A stretch of 64,000 nucleotides of DNA from the NCBI GenBank assembly GCA_963811105.1, contig CAWEPZ010000003.1, positions 63,957-127,956 of the forward strand. The letters are read 5' to 3'. A program made the translations under genes and the position numbers. The stretch comes from Candidatus Bathyarchaeota archaeon. Lineage in GTDB: Archaea; Thermoproteota; Bathyarchaeia; Bathyarchaeales; Bathycorpusculaceae. The first letter of the stretch is position 1. Each line of letters opens with the position of its first letter. Under the pieces are notes generated by a model. That model was not told the origin of the DNA and did no database searches. It saw only the letters and a program-made list of their open reading frames with translations. This document shows positions 1 to 10,170 of this stretch, piece after piece.

Positions 1-49
1 CAATACTGTAGGCTAAAGTTTCTTGCTGAATTTGGGCACCAATGTAGAG

Positions 50-1471
50 CTACTCTGGGTTTAGCCAGAACGGTTTCCCTGATAGAAAATCAGTTAAAAA
101 TTTGGCAAAATCGTCGTTTTCCGCGTACACTTTTGTAATTTGACCGTTTACCAACACCTTGAGGTTCTTTTGAATTGATTTTGCAATTAGTTCGGCGACG
201 CCTGCGTTTTTTCCTCCATTCATAAGCATATCTGTGAGTAGCGAAGCAGCATTTGTTGTTTTGCGTGGCACCTCAACTGTCCATCGCCCGTCCTCAATGA
301 AAGGTCCACAAATAACTCCGGGGTTGGCGTCGTATTTTGCAAGGAAGTTTTCACATTCGGCCTCGCGTTCGAGAGGTGGGCCAAGGTGTTTTTTGATTTT
401 TGGCAAAAGCTGAGATTCCAGCTCAAGTACGTAGATGCTTCGATTTTTTTCGTTACTCCAAACTGCTTCTTTTAGGATTTTGAAATCGCTAAGCTCCAAT
501 AGTTTGTGGAGTGAGCGTTTGGTTTTATAGAGTTGCCCCCATAAAACGTCTGGAACTGCCTCAATCTGGTCAATAACAAGAAATATAATGGATGAGCCTC
601 GACTTTCCACTTGAGTTTTCAACTTTTCAGCTGGAAGAGCCTGAGTTTTTGGCGGATAAAAGAACGTTTCCGTTGACTGTTTACGAAATGCTCTGGCAGC
701 GCTCACAAATTCGTAAAGTTTCTGGGATTGCACCGCTGAAGCCACATTCCTGCCTTTATCTACAGGGTCAACAATTATCAGTGGCTCAGAGAAAAGTAGT
801 GTGAGCTCGTTTTGCCTTTGGGCATAATATTTTTCAATGTCGATTATAATGCGTTTATTATAATTTGCAAAGGCTTGTATTGTGTTATTGAACGAGCTGT
901 AATTTATGATTAGCAATTCGCAGAGGTAGCCGCTGAAACCTCCCACTTTGATTTCTGCGCCGTAAACGCCTATACCCTGCATGAACGCTTTTAGAAGCCG
1001 AACTTCTCCACGCAAACCTGAGCTGAGGTTTCTGTTGATATAGTCAGTGTGGTATGGAGTTCGGTCGGTTGCGCTTTGCCACTCTCCAGGCTTAGTATCA
1101 TAACAAGGCACAATGTCAGCATGGTAGCCCTCAGCGACAATTTCAAGATATGGGTGCTCAGCGAACCGTTCAAGCTGCAAATAGCCTTCAGCGGCTTTTT
1201 TTGCAATTTTTAAGGCTACTTCGCCTAAGTTTTTTCGTGGAATTGATGTTGGTAACCGCATGAAAACGTCGATGTCTGGGTTTTCGCTTAGCCACGTGTC
1301 TTTGGCAACTGAGCCTTCAACACGCACAACCGCTGAAACGCCCTCTTTCTTGCAGGCAGAAGCTACTTTCTGTTCAAGCGAACGGGTTATCGCTTCGACT
1401 TTTGCTCGGTCCTCTTGGCTAGGTGTAATTTTCTTTAGAACCCGTTCAGTTAAGTCTTCAGCTTGCACCAT
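50..1471 (-). CDS. cca: CCA-adding enzyme (class I tRNA nucleotidyltransferase)
   Basis: GSVAKDTWL..DIDVF nucleotidyltransferase motif, AEHPY, DRTPYH, GGFSGYLCELL. Confidence 0.96.
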   Translation of the reverse strand: MVQAEDLTERVLKKITPSQEDRAKVEAITRSLEQKVASACKKEGVSAVVRVEGSVAKDTWLSENPDIDVFMRLPTSIPRKNLGEVALKIAKKAAEGYLQLERFAEHPYLEIVAEGYHADIVPCYDTKPGEWQSATDRTPYHTDYINRNLSSGLRGEVRLLKAFMQGIGVYGAEIKVGGFSGYLCELLIINYSSFNNTIQAFANYNKRIIIDIEKYYAQRQNELTLLFSEPLIIVDPVDKGRNVASAVQSQKLYEFVSAARAFRKQSTETFFYPPKTQALPAEKLKTQVESRGSSIIFLVIDQIEAVPDVLWGQLYKTKRSLHKLLELSDFKILKEAVWSNEKNRSIYVLELESQLLPKIKKHLGPPLEREAECENFLAKYDANPGVICGPFIEDGRWTVEVPRKTTNAASLLTDMLMNGGKNAGVAELIAKSIQKNLKVLVNGQITKVYAENDDFAKFLTDFLSGKPFWLNPE

Positions 1472-1477
1472 AGCGTA

Positions 1478-2056
1478 TCATTTTTGTTCCTGCACAGGGC
1501 AAACTTCTCGTAGCGTTGAGTAGGTAGGACCTTTCGGTGAAAGCTGGCTTCTTTTAAGTCGCAGACAATCTGCTTTGATTGTACCAAACTCGTAATCCGT
1601 TTTTTTAGTGACAAATTCTGCAAGATTCTGCTTGTTTGCGCCAGATTTTACTCGTGCAATGGTTAAATGTGGACTAAACCCGTATTGATCAGGTGCAAAG
1701 CCTATCGAACGTATCTGAGGTTCCAGCTGGCTAAAAATGCTTTTAAGCTGTTCAGCGCCCTCTGTTATTGCTGCCCAAACAACCCTAGGATAATTTAGGC
1801 TGGGAAAAACTCCTAAGCCCTTGATTAGTATAGTGAAAGGGATAAACTTTACTTTCTTCATGGCTTCATGCAGTTTGTCTACCATGGCTGGACTTATATT
1901 GCCAAGGAAACGGATGGTTACGTGAATGTTTTGGGTTGCTACGGGTCTTAGGTCGGCGCCTGTTTCAACTAGAAGCTTCTGTACAAACGCCAGCTTGTTT
2001 AGAACCTGCTCACTTTCCAAGTCAAACGCGATGAAGCTTCTAATTCTTTCAGACAA
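1478..2056 (-). CDS. thpR: RNA 2',3'-cyclic phosphodiesterase (2H phosphoesterase)
   Basis: Two HxT motifs (HVT, HLT), RSFIA N-terminus, PRVVW; adjacent to cca. Confidence 0.93.
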   Translation of the reverse strand: MSERIRSFIAFDLESEQVLNKLAFVQKLLVETGADLRPVATQNIHVTIRFLGNISPAMVDKLHEAMKKVKFIPFTILIKGLGVFPSLNYPRVVWAAITEGAEQLKSIFSQLEPQIRSIGFAPDQYGFSPHLTIARVKSGANKQNLAEFVTKKTDYEFGTIKADCLRLKRSQLSPKGPTYSTLREVCPVQEQK

Positions 2057-2210
2057 AGCTTTTGCCTCTTCAAACTATTTTTAACATACAACACGCATAA
2101 ATGCTTTTAAAAGAAATTGTCGTCAAGAAACTTTTTGCTGCTAGAACCAGAGTTGCCTACGGATACTTTTTAATTCAAGTTGCAGATATAGAAGCAAAAA
2201 AGGGTATGCT

Positions 2211-2777
2211 ATGAACGCTGATAAACTGCTGGTTGGATTGGCTGGGATGCCTGGGTCAGGCAAATCCTTGGTTGTTGACACCGCGCGTGAATTAGGGTAC
2301 GCCGTCGTGGCTATGGGTGATGTAATTAGAGAAGAAACAGGCAAACGCGGCTTAGAATTGACGCCGAATAATGTGGGAAAAGTTATGTTGGAACTACGAT
2401 TTGAAGGTGGAAACTCCGTGGTTGCCCAGAAATGCATTCCCAAAATAGAAGCAAAAGCAGGCAGCAAAGTTCTCGTTGACGGATTGCGCAGCCTTTATGA
2501 AGTGGATACTTTTAAGGCTTATTTTGCCAAGTTCAGCCTTATGGCTGTGCACGCTTCCCCTGAAGCAAGGTTCACCCGTCTCTCTAACAGACGTCGAAGT
2601 GATGACTCATCTGGTTGGGCGCTTTTTCATGAGCGAGATATGCGGGAGCTCAGCGTTGGTTTAGGTAACGTTATTGCCCTATCTGAGCAGATGATAGTAA
2701 ACGATAATAGTTTTGAAATGGTTAAAGCAAAAACTAAGGAAAATCTAAAGAGGATTGAGGAGAAATGGCTGAAGTAA
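2211..2777 (+). CDS. UPF0200 family P-loop NMP-kinase-like protein
   Basis: GMPGSGKS Walker A, MGDVIRE, VDGLRS, RDMRELSVG. Confidence 0.85.
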   Translation: MNADKLLVGLAGMPGSGKSLVVDTARELGYAVVAMGDVIREETGKRGLELTPNNVGKVMLELRFEGGNSVVAQKCIPKIEAKAGSKVLVDGLRSLYEVDTFKAYFAKFSLMAVHASPEARFTRLSNRRRSDDSSGWALFHERDMRELSVGLGNVIALSEQMIVNDNSFEMVKAKTKENLKRIEEKWLK

Positions 2778-3178
2778 CTATTCATGTTGAAGCTGAAGTC
2801 AACCCGACTGAAAGCGAAGAAAAGATCAAGGCAGCTATTAACAACATTTTAGGCAATGCAATGATTACAATTGAGCCCGGAGAAAAATCCAGCCTCTTAA
2901 CCGGGGAAGCTAAAGGCCAAGATTCACTCATAAAGCTACGCAACATGCTGCGTAGCGACCGAATTAGGGATGCCGCGAGAAAAGCGCTTTTTCGCAGTAC
3001 AAAAGGAGAAAACATCGTTTTTTGTTTGAATCGACAAGTTGCATTTGCAGGGCACGTTAGCTTTTCTGAAGAAACCGGGGAATCTCCTCTGGGTACTATA
3101 CGAGTCACAATTACAAGCGATAATCCGAGCCAGCTTATTGAGTGGCTGGCAGAGAAATCCCGCAGAGAAGAAGGCTAA
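2765..3178 (+). CDS. UPF0201 family RNA-binding-fold protein
   Basis: PTESEEKI, RIRDAAR, LNRQVA, ESPLG motifs; coupled to the UPF0200 gene. Confidence 0.85.
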   Translation: MAEVTIHVEAEVNPTESEEKIKAAINNILGNAMITIEPGEKSSLLTGEAKGQDSLIKLRNMLRSDRIRDAARKALFRSTKGENIVFCLNRQVAFAGHVSFSEETGESPLGTIRVTITSDNPSQLIEWLAEKSRREEG

Positions 3179-3181
3179 GGG

Positions 3182-4201
3182 TTGTCTGCTAGGGCTCAAG
3201 TGACTAAAAACGGCGCAGTTCTGCTAGGCGATAGCGTAGCCTGCGACGCCTTTGATGCCCAGCGCCCTTTGCGGATTGTAACTCATGCGCACGCTGACCA
3301 CCTTGGCGGGTTACGAAAAAGCCTCAGTTGCTGTGAGAAAGTTTTGATGACTAAAGCCACTCGAGACCTTGCCCAGACACTTAATGAATCTCTTAAACTT
3401 AGGGATGCGGCAATACATACTTTAGAGTACGGCAAAACCTTTAGGTTCGGCGACGAAAAAATCACGTTTACGAAAGCTGACCACATCTTAGGAGCAGCGC
3501 AGGTGCTAGTTGTAGATGCAGGCGGAATACGGATTTCTTATACCGGCGATTTCCGCATTGACAAAACACCTGTCGTTGAAAGTGACGTGTTGGTTGTTGA
3601 AGCCACCTATGGCAGCCCATCATGTAGACGCAACTTTGAGGTAGATGTGCCGGAACTCTTGGTTTCCATGATTGAAAAACGCCTGCGAGGAGGCGCTGTC
3701 TACGTTTTCGGTTACTACGGCAAACTCCAAGAAGTAATGCAGCTTCTTCGGGAAGCAGATGTGGAGGTGCCTTTCGTCATGCCGGAGCGCATGTATAATG
3801 TAACGAAAGTTTGTGAGAAACATGGCATGAAGCTGGGCTGCACAACACTCTCTACTGAAGCTGATGGACATGAACTTTTAGATGGCAATCTTCCATGCGT
3901 GGCTTTCTACCACATGAACGCCCGAGAGCTTGTAGGCATAAAAAACGCCCGCATTACCGTGAGCGGCTGGGAATTCAACACACCCTGCAGACAAATCGGT
4001 GACCGCGAATACATAGTTGCCCTAAGTGACCACTCGGACTTTGACGGTTTGATCGAATATGTGAAACTTTCAAAAGCAAAACAGGTCATCACAGACAATT
4101 ACCGAGCAAGCCACGGCGCAGTTTTAGCTAAGGAAATCCGCCGTCGGCTGGGAATTTCGGCAGTCGTAATGCCCAGAACGCGCGGCCAAACCACACTGTA
4201 G
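3182..4201 (+). CDS. Metallo-beta-lactamase/beta-CASP-like nuclease
   Basis: THAHADH, HILGA, YTGD, EATYG, LSDHSD motifs. Confidence 0.88.
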   Translation: MSARAQVTKNGAVLLGDSVACDAFDAQRPLRIVTHAHADHLGGLRKSLSCCEKVLMTKATRDLAQTLNESLKLRDAAIHTLEYGKTFRFGDEKITFTKADHILGAAQVLVVDAGGIRISYTGDFRIDKTPVVESDVLVVEATYGSPSCRRNFEVDVPELLVSMIEKRLRGGAVYVFGYYGKLQEVMQLLREADVEVPFVMPERMYNVTKVCEKHGMKLGCTTLSTEADGHELLDGNLPCVAFYHMNARELVGIKNARITVSGWEFNTPCRQIGDREYIVALSDHSDFDGLIEYVKLSKAKQVITDNYRASHGAVLAKEIRRRLGISAVVMPRTRGQTTL

Positions 4202-4289
4202 CATCCAGTGTTTTGGAGTAAGCTTAGTTAAAGCTTAAAAGCGAAAAACCAAACTAATTTCAACCAACAAACAAAGGAAATGAATTCAA

Positions 4290-5558
4290 TTGAGCAAGTC
4301 ATCTGTTATTTCAGGCTTCTACAAGCTCTCACCCAAAGAACGGTTAACAATCATCAAAGATTTTGCAAGTTTGACCGACGAAGAAATCCAATTGCTTCAG
4401 AACACCGACTCCTTGCCTATGGATGTGGCCAACCACATGGTTGAAAACTATGTCGGCGTTTTTCCTGAGCCGTTAGGCATCGCAGTTAACTTCCAAGTTA
4501 ACGGCAAAGACTACTTGATTCCTATGGCTACAGAAGAGCCAAGCGTTATTGCAGCAGCAAGTTACGCCGCTAAAATGGTGCGAGACGGCGGAGGGTTCTA
4601 TACAAGTAGCACTACACCTGTGATGATTGGGCAAATCCAGGTTGTCGCCTTAAAAGACGCGAAATTTGCCAAGAAACAGGTTTTAGAAGCCAAGGTTGAC
4701 CTTCTCAAAAAAGCAAATGACCAAGATCCTGTTCTCAACTCTTTCGGCGGGGGAGCCAAAGACTTGGATGCAAGAATCATCGACACTCGCATGGGGCAAA
4801 TGCTAATCGTTGAGTTGTATGTTGATTGCCGAGACGCCATGGGCGCAAACGCCGTTAATACGATGGCTGAAGCAGTCGCACCAGTACTTGAGCAGCTTAC
4901 CGGCGGACACGTTTACTTGCGCATCATCTCGAACTTGGCTACAAAACGACTTGTAAAAGCGTGGTGCGTGGTAAACAAAGAATCCCTAGGCGGAGAAGCG
5001 GTCGTTGACGGCATCGTTTATGCCTCAGCTTTCGCGGAAGCAGACCCTTACCGTGCAGCCACTCATAACAAAGGCGCCATGAACGGCATCATCGCCGTTG
5101 TTTTAGCAACAGGCAACGACCACCGCGCAATCGAAGCAGGAGCCCACGCATACGCAGCTTTAAACGGAAGATACACCTCCATATCAAAATGGGCAAAAAA
5201 CACAAACGGCGATTTAGAAGGCGTAATTGAGCTGCCTATGGCGGTTGGTTTAATCGGAGGCGCTGTCAAAACCCACCCCATAGCAAGGATAGCTATGAAA
5301 ATCCTAAATGTTAAATCGGCCAATGAATTCGGTGAAGTTTTAGCTGCAGTTGGCTTAGCCCAAAACCTCGGTGCCCTTCGAGCTTTGGTGAATGAGGGTA
5401 TTCAGCGTGGTCACATGTCTTTGCATGCAAGAAACATCGCGGTTACTGCAGGCGCCAAAGACGGCATGGTTGACTTAGTAGCTGAACGCATGGTCAAGGA
5501 ACGCAAAGTCAGAGTAGACAGGGCTAAAGAAATTCTTGAAGAATTAACAAGGAAATAG
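4290..5558 (+). CDS. HMG-CoA reductase, class II
   Basis: PMATEEPSV, DAMGAN, THNKG, GIQRGHMSLH motifs. Confidence 0.95.
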   Translation: MSKSSVISGFYKLSPKERLTIIKDFASLTDEEIQLLQNTDSLPMDVANHMVENYVGVFPEPLGIAVNFQVNGKDYLIPMATEEPSVIAAASYAAKMVRDGGGFYTSSTTPVMIGQIQVVALKDAKFAKKQVLEAKVDLLKKANDQDPVLNSFGGGAKDLDARIIDTRMGQMLIVELYVDCRDAMGANAVNTMAEAVAPVLEQLTGGHVYLRIISNLATKRLVKAWCVVNKESLGGEAVVDGIVYASAFAEADPYRAATHNKGAMNGIIAVVLATGNDHRAIEAGAHAYAALNGRYTSISKWAKNTNGDLEGVIELPMAVGLIGGAVKTHPIARIAMKILNVKSANEFGEVLAAVGLAQNLGALRALVNEGIQRGHMSLHARNIAVTAGAKDGMVDLVAERMVKERKVRVDRAKEILEELTRK

Positions 5559-5799
5559 TTGTTCTTTTTGCATTTTGAAGATTGTAGAATCATCTTAAAA
5601 TCTAATAAGCGCATTTAGTAAAACCGAGGAGAGGCAAGTGCAAACAGAATTCTTTAAACGCAAGAATATTGTCGTCAGGTTTAATGGATATGCTTATTTT
5701 GTATCTTTTCGAGAAATGGCTCCGCGCTCTTATACTTATTTATCTTCAAAAATATAGGAAAACAGCATCTAAATATTTATTTTAAGGATGGATGAATAG

Positions 5800-6510
5800 C
5801 TATTCAAGTATTATTCTTGCATCAACTGTTTTTGCGCCCTTATGGTACGCCATCACCGGATTCAAGTCTAGCTCTTTGATTTCCGGGTTCTCCATGACCA
5901 ACCGCGAAGTACTGCATAATATGCCGACTAACGCATCGATATCTGAGGACGGCGTGTTCCTATAACCATTCAGAAGCGGATATGCTTTAAGCTGTGTAAT
6001 CATCTCTCTTGCATCCTCAGCGGTTAAAGGTGCGATCCTAAAGTTTACATCTTTGAGGATTTCAACAAAGATGCCGCCTAATCCAAACATTATGGTTTGC
6101 CCAAACTGCGGATCCTTGATAGCCCCAACGATTACTTCAGTTGACTGTTGCGCCATTTCCTGAACCAAAACACCCACAATTTTTGCCTTACTGTTATATT
6201 TTGACACATTTTCTATGATCTTTTTAAAGCCGCGTGCGACTTCATCCGAGTTTTCTATGTTAACAATGACGCCTCCAGCGTCAGATTTGTGAATTATGTC
6301 TGGAGAAATAATCTTTAGGACTACTGGGTAACCGATTTCATCTGCGTATTTTACTGCTTCTTTCTCAGTTAACGCTGTTTTGAATTTTGTAACCGGTATG
6401 CCGTATTCTGAACAAATGGTTTTGGCTTCTGGTTCCAGAAGGGCTTTTCTGCCTTCCTTTCTTGCTTGGTTTTTGATTTTTGCGGTTTGGTTCAAGATAG
6501 TTAACTCCAT
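5800..6510 (-). CDS. acdB: ADP-forming acyl-CoA synthetase beta subunit (ATP-grasp)
   Basis: GYPVVLKI.SPDIIHKSDAGGV, DPQFG, ELDLNP. Confidence 0.92.
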   Translation of the reverse strand: MELTILNQTAKIKNQARKEGRKALLEPEAKTICSEYGIPVTKFKTALTEKEAVKYADEIGYPVVLKIISPDIIHKSDAGGVIVNIENSDEVARGFKKIIENVSKYNSKAKIVGVLVQEMAQQSTEVIVGAIKDPQFGQTIMFGLGGIFVEILKDVNFRIAPLTAEDAREMITQLKAYPLLNGYRNTPSSDIDALVGILCSTSRLVMENPEIKELDLNPVMAYHKGAKTVDARIILE

Positions 6511-6683
6511 TAGCCCGGTTGGAGTATGAACATGTTTTAAGGGTTTAAAATCGTTTTGATAAGTTAATGCTCTTTTGCCTATGTTCTGGCTGCTGTCTAT
6601 GCGATGAACACTTAGTCATTATTGTATAGTAAGACATAATATTTAATAACCTTTGTGAGATGAAACCTAAATACTGACCATAA

Positions 6684-8459
6684 ATGCCAAAGCTACACCT
6701 CAGACAAAAAATCAAAAACTCCACCACGAACTTCCAGCTCAAAACCAGTGCATTCAAAGCAAGATTCACACAAAAAATCAAAAACTCCACCACGAACTTC
6801 CAGCTCAAAACCAGTGCATTCAAAGCAAGATTCAAAAGAACAAGAAACAAAAGAAACAGTTCAAAAATAAAATTCAAGTTTCCAAAAATAAATTTTAGAC
6901 CAAAAAAGAAAATATCTGAGCCAGAACTCTCTGAAGTTGTCAAGTCTCTCCCAAAAGATGTCAAGATAGTTGACAAATACCCACTCTACGAGCCTTTTGC
7001 TCAAGTTGTAATCATTCAAGACCCTAAAACCGGCGAATACAAATACATTTTAGACGAGTTGCAGCTTGACCCCATGGAACGAGGCATATATAAACGCATC
7101 CTGGAAATATTACTTGCAGAAATTGAGTCACCAAAAGAAGAAATAAACGACCCGAGAAAATTCTTCGCCGAAGCGGCCAAAAAAATAGTGGACAAATATC
7201 GCATCAGCCTAGGATGGTTACCGGACGTTTCATGGTACAAAATCCTCTACCATGCTGAACGTGACTTGGTAGGCTTTGGCAAAATTGACTCTTTAATGCG
7301 TGATCCAAACATTGAAGACATTTCTTGCGACGGTGTGAAAAAATCAGTTTACATTTGGCACCGAACATTCGAAAGCATCGAGACTAACGTGCAATTTGAA
7401 AGCGATGAAGTCCTTGATAATATGGTTGTTAAACTTGTTCATATGGCTGGAAAGCATGTCAGCTCGGCCTTCCCAATAGTTGACGCTTCCTTACCAGGCA
7501 AACACCGCTTGGCCGTTTGTTACAGGCGCGAAATCACACCCTTCGGAACAGCATTCACGATACGCAAGTTTCGAGATGACCCATACTCTATCATTGATCT
7601 CATAAATATCGGCACCTTCACTGAAGAAATGGCTGCCTATCTCTGGATTTGCCTTGAAAACCGCGCTTCAGTAATGGTTCTCGGCGGGACAGCAGCAGGC
7701 AAAACAACTGCACTGAACGCTCTTGGTTGCTTGATTAAACCAGGCAGCAAAATTATGACCATTGAAGAAACCGCAGAATTGAATTTATCCCATGAAAACT
7801 GGGTTTCACTAATCTCGAGGCAAAGCTATGGTTTGGGCGGCAGCAGTGTGGGAGAGGTCGCACTCTTTGACTTAGTGAAGACCTGCATGAGACATCGCCC
7901 CGACTTGATGATTGTAGGCGAAGTACGAGGTCAAGAAGCATACGTTCTGTTCCAGGCGCTAGCGACAGGTCACGGTGGAATGTGCACCATGCATGCTGAA
8001 AACGTTCAATCAGCCGTTAGACGTTTAACTCAGAAACCTATGGACATTTCGCCATCGTACATTCCTCTTATGAATATAGTAATATCAGTGCAACGTGTTC
8101 ACCTAGTGAAGAACGGCGAAAAGAAAGCTTATCGCCGAGTTCTTTCAGTAAACGAAATTATTGACTTCGAAAAATATGTGAACCCTTTCAAATGGGACCC
8201 TATTAGAGACGAGCAAGCCATAGATTTAGAAAGCAGCTTCCTGCTCAGCAACTTTTCAGAGCGCCTTGGGATAACACGTGAACAATTAATCGCAGAGATG
8301 AATCGGCGAACAGACGTGCTACGTTGGATGCGTAAAGGCAACATACGAAGCTACAAAGAAGTTGCTTCAATAATTGCAGAATACTACGCTAGACCAAAAG
8401 AATTCTATCAGAAAATGATGGACAGTGAGGAGAAAAAGCCAGTTGCCGCTTCTAGATAG
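6684..8459 (+). CDS. Type IV pilus/type II secretion assembly ATPase (TadA/FlaI-like)
   Basis: GGTAAGKTT Walker A, RHRPD.MIVGEVRG, TGHGG.CTMHA; the true start may be downstream of the low-complexity N-terminus. Confidence 0.93.
   Translation: MPKLHLRQKIKNSTTNFQLKTSAFKARFTQKIKNSTTNFQLKTSAFKARFKRTRNKRNSSKIKFKFPKINFRPKKKISEPELSEVVKSLPKDVKIVDKYPLYEPFAQVVIIQDPKTGEYKYILDELQLDPMERGIYKRILEILLAEIESPKEEINDPRKFFAEAAKKIVDKYRISLGWLPDVSWYKILYHAERDLVGFGKIDSLMRDPNIEDISCDGVKKSVYIWHRTFESIETNVQFESDEVLDNMVVKLVHMAGKHVSSAFPIVDASLPGKHRLAVCYRREITPFGTAFTIRKFRDDPYSIIDLINIGTFTEEMAAYLWICLENRASVMVLGGTAAGKTTALNALGCLIKPGSKIMTIEETAELNLSHENWVSLISRQSYGLGGSSVGEVALFDLVKTCMRHRPDLMIVGEVRGQEAYVLFQALATGHGGMCTMHAENVQSAVRRLTQKPMDISPSYIPLMNIVISVQRVHLVKNGEKKAYRRVLSVNEIIDFEKYVNPFKWDPIRDEQAIDLESSFLLSNFSERLGITREQLIAEMNRRTDVLRWMRKGNIRSYKEVASIIAEYYARPKEFYQKMMDSEEKKPVAASR
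6704..6834 (+). repeat. 66-bp period tandem duplication (2 copies, 22 aa) in the ATPase 5' region
   Basis: 6704-6768 is identical to 6770-6834 (QKIKNSTTNFQLKTSAFKARF twice). Confidence 0.95.
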
Positions 8460-10164
8460 ATTTGAAGCTTTGTCGTTTCGGCTCTTCGGTCGTTTCGCTC
8501 CTTACGTCCTAAAAAATATTTTTCCACAGATCAAGGGGACTCTTGAAAAGGGTCGGGTGAGGATTTACTCTGAAACCTACATTTCTTTAATGCTTCTTTC
8601 TGCCATGTTGACCCTTCCAATTTCAGTAATCGGGGCAGTCCTTGCTTTAGTGACTGGGTTTTTGCCTCTTTTAATCTTAATTCCAATTCCACTCTTTGTT
8701 ATCGGCGGTTTTCTAGTTGTGCCGATGAACAATGCAAGTGACAGATCCTCAAATTTGGAACGAGAAATGCCTTTCGCGGCTGCATACATCAGCGTCATGT
8801 CGTCGGGAGGCATCGCACCCTACTCCAGCTTCAAACGTCTAACTCAAGTAGATCTCATGCCCGCAATGAGCAAAGAAGCAAGAGATATAATAAAAGACGT
8901 AGAAATCTTCGGAGTTGACCCGCTCTCCGCCCTTGATTTGGCTTCAAGAAAGACTCCTCTTGACATATTCAAAGATTTCTTGGGCGGGTACGCTTCTACT
9001 GTCATCATAGGCGGCGACATTGGGCACTACCTTGAACGTAAAGCAGAAGACATATTTAGAATTCGAGCACTACGCGTTAAAGCTGCTGCTGAACGCTTAG
9101 GTATGTTGCTGGAAACTTTCATCATAGTCATGGTCATGATGTCCCTTTGCTTTTATATCCTGTTCGCGGTAAACGGCATTCAAAGCGGAGCCAATGCGAG
9201 CGCAGACATATCCCAGTACTCTGGTATACTTTTGTACACCTATATTTTCACGCCAATGCTATCGATGCTCTTCATCTACTTAGCCCATAGTATGCAGCCT
9301 AAAACACCTCTGGTGGACATGCGTCCTTACAAAGTCTTCGGCCTCTCTAGCACTATAGGCATAATTGTATTCCTACTGCTAACCAACTTCATGGGAACAA
9401 CCCAACTGCCTCTATTTTCCACCTTGCAATCTATAGGCGTTGACTTGCCAATGGCCTTGGCTGTGGCACTGTTCATTTCCGCCGCGCCAGCAGCCATTGT
9501 ACACATGAGATTGTCAAAAGCCAGGGAAAGCATGGAACAGGGCGTTTCAAATTTCCTTCGGGACCTTACTGAAGTACGAAAGACTGGGTTGTCACCTGAA
9601 AAATGTATCGAAAGCTTATCCAAGCGTGACTATGGCACATTCAGTAGGCAACTGCGAAAAATTAGCTCTGAAATTTCATGGGGTATCCCGATTAAAAAGG
9701 TCATGGGGGATTTTCTGCATCGTACTCGCAGTTGGATGGTTCAAATCGTCATGTTCCTTCTGGTTGAAACCATCGATGTAGGAGGCGGAACAATTGCCAT
9801 GATAGAATCTTTGGCACGTTTCAACAATCTAACTCAGGAAGTTGAGAAAGAAAAGAAAATGTCCGTTCGTCCCTATGTGTTTATGCCCTATTTAGCTTCG
9901 ATCCTGCTCGTTGCGACCACTATTATGATGATGGGTTTGACTACAGGGATAACTGTGCCTGGAGTAGATGCAGTGGCAAAAGACAACAGCCTGATGCAAA
10001 CAGTTTTCATGTCCTCAGTCATATTCAACAGCTTCCTAATCGGAATAGTTGCAGGAAAAATTAGCGAAGAGTCAATTGGAGCAGGTTTCAAGCATGCAGC
10101 CATCCTTGTGCTAATCTCAATAATAGCCGCCAAAATAATTCCGCAATTCGTGAAACTCGGATAG
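8425..10164 (+). CDS. Pilus platform membrane protein (T2SS F / TadC / FlaJ-like, two domains)
   Basis: Multiple TM segments, FLRDLTEVRKTGLSP, follows the ATPase. Confidence 0.9.
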   Translation: MRRKSQLPLLDRFEALSFRLFGRFAPYVLKNIFPQIKGTLEKGRVRIYSETYISLMLLSAMLTLPISVIGAVLALVTGFLPLLILIPIPLFVIGGFLVVPMNNASDRSSNLEREMPFAAAYISVMSSGGIAPYSSFKRLTQVDLMPAMSKEARDIIKDVEIFGVDPLSALDLASRKTPLDIFKDFLGGYASTVIIGGDIGHYLERKAEDIFRIRALRVKAAAERLGMLLETFIIVMVMMSLCFYILFAVNGIQSGANASADISQYSGILLYTYIFTPMLSMLFIYLAHSMQPKTPLVDMRPYKVFGLSSTIGIIVFLLLTNFMGTTQLPLFSTLQSIGVDLPMALAVALFISAAPAAIVHMRLSKARESMEQGVSNFLRDLTEVRKTGLSPEKCIESLSKRDYGTFSRQLRKISSEISWGIPIKKVMGDFLHRTRSWMVQIVMFLLVETIDVGGGTIAMIESLARFNNLTQEVEKEKKMSVRPYVFMPYLASILLVATTIMMMGLTTGITVPGVDAVAKDNSLMQTVFMSSVIFNSFLIGIVAGKISEESIGAGFKHAAILVLISIIAAKIIPQFVKLG

Positions 10165-10170
10165 GAGACG

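Noticed and set aside
4290-5558. Class II HMG-CoA reductase as a novelty
   Set aside because: Class II enzymes are already known in several archaeal lineages.
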